Assembly: GCA_963624325.1 (NCBI GenBank)
Contig: CAVFPH010000019.1
Location: 3,757-27,082 of the forward strand
Reading direction: 5' to 3'
Source of the DNA: a bacterium
GTDB taxonomy: Bacteria > Bacillota > Clostridia > Christensenellales > Aristaeellaceae
DNA length: 23,326 nucleotides
Position 1 is the stretch's first letter. Every line of letters starts with the position of its first letter. Of the stretch, positions 22,916 through 23,326 are shown in pieces. The notes beneath the pieces were generated by a model that was given only the letters and a program-made list of their open reading frames with translations, had not been told where the DNA came from and made no database searches. Made by a program: the position numbers and the translations under genes.

Positions 22916-23326
22916 TTATTTATTGCTGTCAATGGTTCCCGCAAACACGACAAACTTCTGATAAGGATATTCCGTTGCAAAGTTGAGCAGCATGTTCAGG
23001 ATTGTTACCAGATATTCGTTCCAGCCGAGCGTGCCGCTCAGCCAGTTTCCAAGCAAGGTGGAAAGCGGGGTAAAGACCGCATAGTAGACCAGCACCTTCA
23101 GCATGGCTGCGGGCACGTTTGCGGCGGAATGAAAGGTAAAACGGCGGTTGAAGGTGAAATTCCATACCACCGACAGCACAAGCGCAATCAGGTAGCACGG
23201 CCAGTACTGCCAGCGTGTCAGGATGTTCAGCAGCGAAAAGCTGATGATTTCAATCAGACCGGCGCTGGCGGAGAACAGCAGAAACTTGATAAAACGCAGG
23301 ATTTCCTCTTTCTTTTGCGTACTCAT
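22916..23326 (-). CDS. GtrA-family membrane protein (polysaccharide/glycolipid synthesis accessory protein)
   Basis: 136 aa with four hydrophobic segments. RFIKFLLFSASAGLIEI...WNFTFNRRFTF...YPYQKFVVF match the GtrA-like pattern. The ATG sits exactly at the window edge, so the upstream region is not visible. Confidence 0.8.
   Translation of the reverse strand: MSTQKKEEILRFIKFLLFSASAGLIEIISFSLLNILTRWQYWPCYLIALVLSVVWNFTFNRRFTFHSAANVPAAMLKVLVYYAVFTPLSTLLGNWLSGTLGWNEYLVTILNMLLNFATEYPYQKFVVFAGTIDSNK

Noticed and set aside
1-23326. Scan for tRNA/rRNA genes, CRISPR arrays, IS elements, integrases and long direct or inverted nucleotide repeats.
   Set aside because: Intergenic space is minimal and each spacer is accounted for by promoter, terminator or leader elements. 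No repeat-spacer periodicity or transposase-like ORF was seen. This was by-eye inspection only, so short or diverged elements could have been missed.

Overview
The window is a GC-rich Firmicutes/Clostridia-type chromosomal segment. The taxon is a guess from gene order and protein motifs, possibly Oscillospiraceae-like. About 60% of it (8061-22010) is an ordinary, tightly packed, co-directional housekeeping array: yicC-gmk-rpoZ-coaBC-priA-def-fmt-rsmB-rlmN-stp-prkC-rsgA-rpe-rsmA. This matches the Bacillus subtilis yloC->rpe order, with many start/stop overlaps and no internal terminators that I can see. The unusual part lies upstream (about 1220-7990), between a DegV-family gene and yicC. (1) A three-gene partner-switching-like operon with no sigma factor in the window: a stand-alone STAS protein; one membrane polypeptide fusing a LytS/YhcK-like polytopic sensor, a HAMP linker, a PP2C/SpoIIE phosphatase and an RsbW/SpoIIAB-type HATPase kinase; and a second STAS domain fused to an APH/ChoK/CotS-like kinase. 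(2) A separately transcribed 884-aa secreted or lipoprotein product with about 45 Cys arranged in two kinds of repeated CxxC modules, a Cys-free middle and a compositionally mosaic low-GC 3' half. It is preceded by a leader carrying a promoter-like element, a 33-codon uORF and a terminator hairpin whose left arm encodes the uORF's PPRAG codons. At the 3' end, on the minus strand, a secreted two-domain protein gene is split by a +1 frameshift in a G6/C6 homopolymer despite a perfect consensus promoter. It is followed by a GtrA-family membrane protein gene. I found no tRNA, rRNA, CRISPR, transposase or integrase signatures. All family calls rest on motif recognition by eye. No database search was run.
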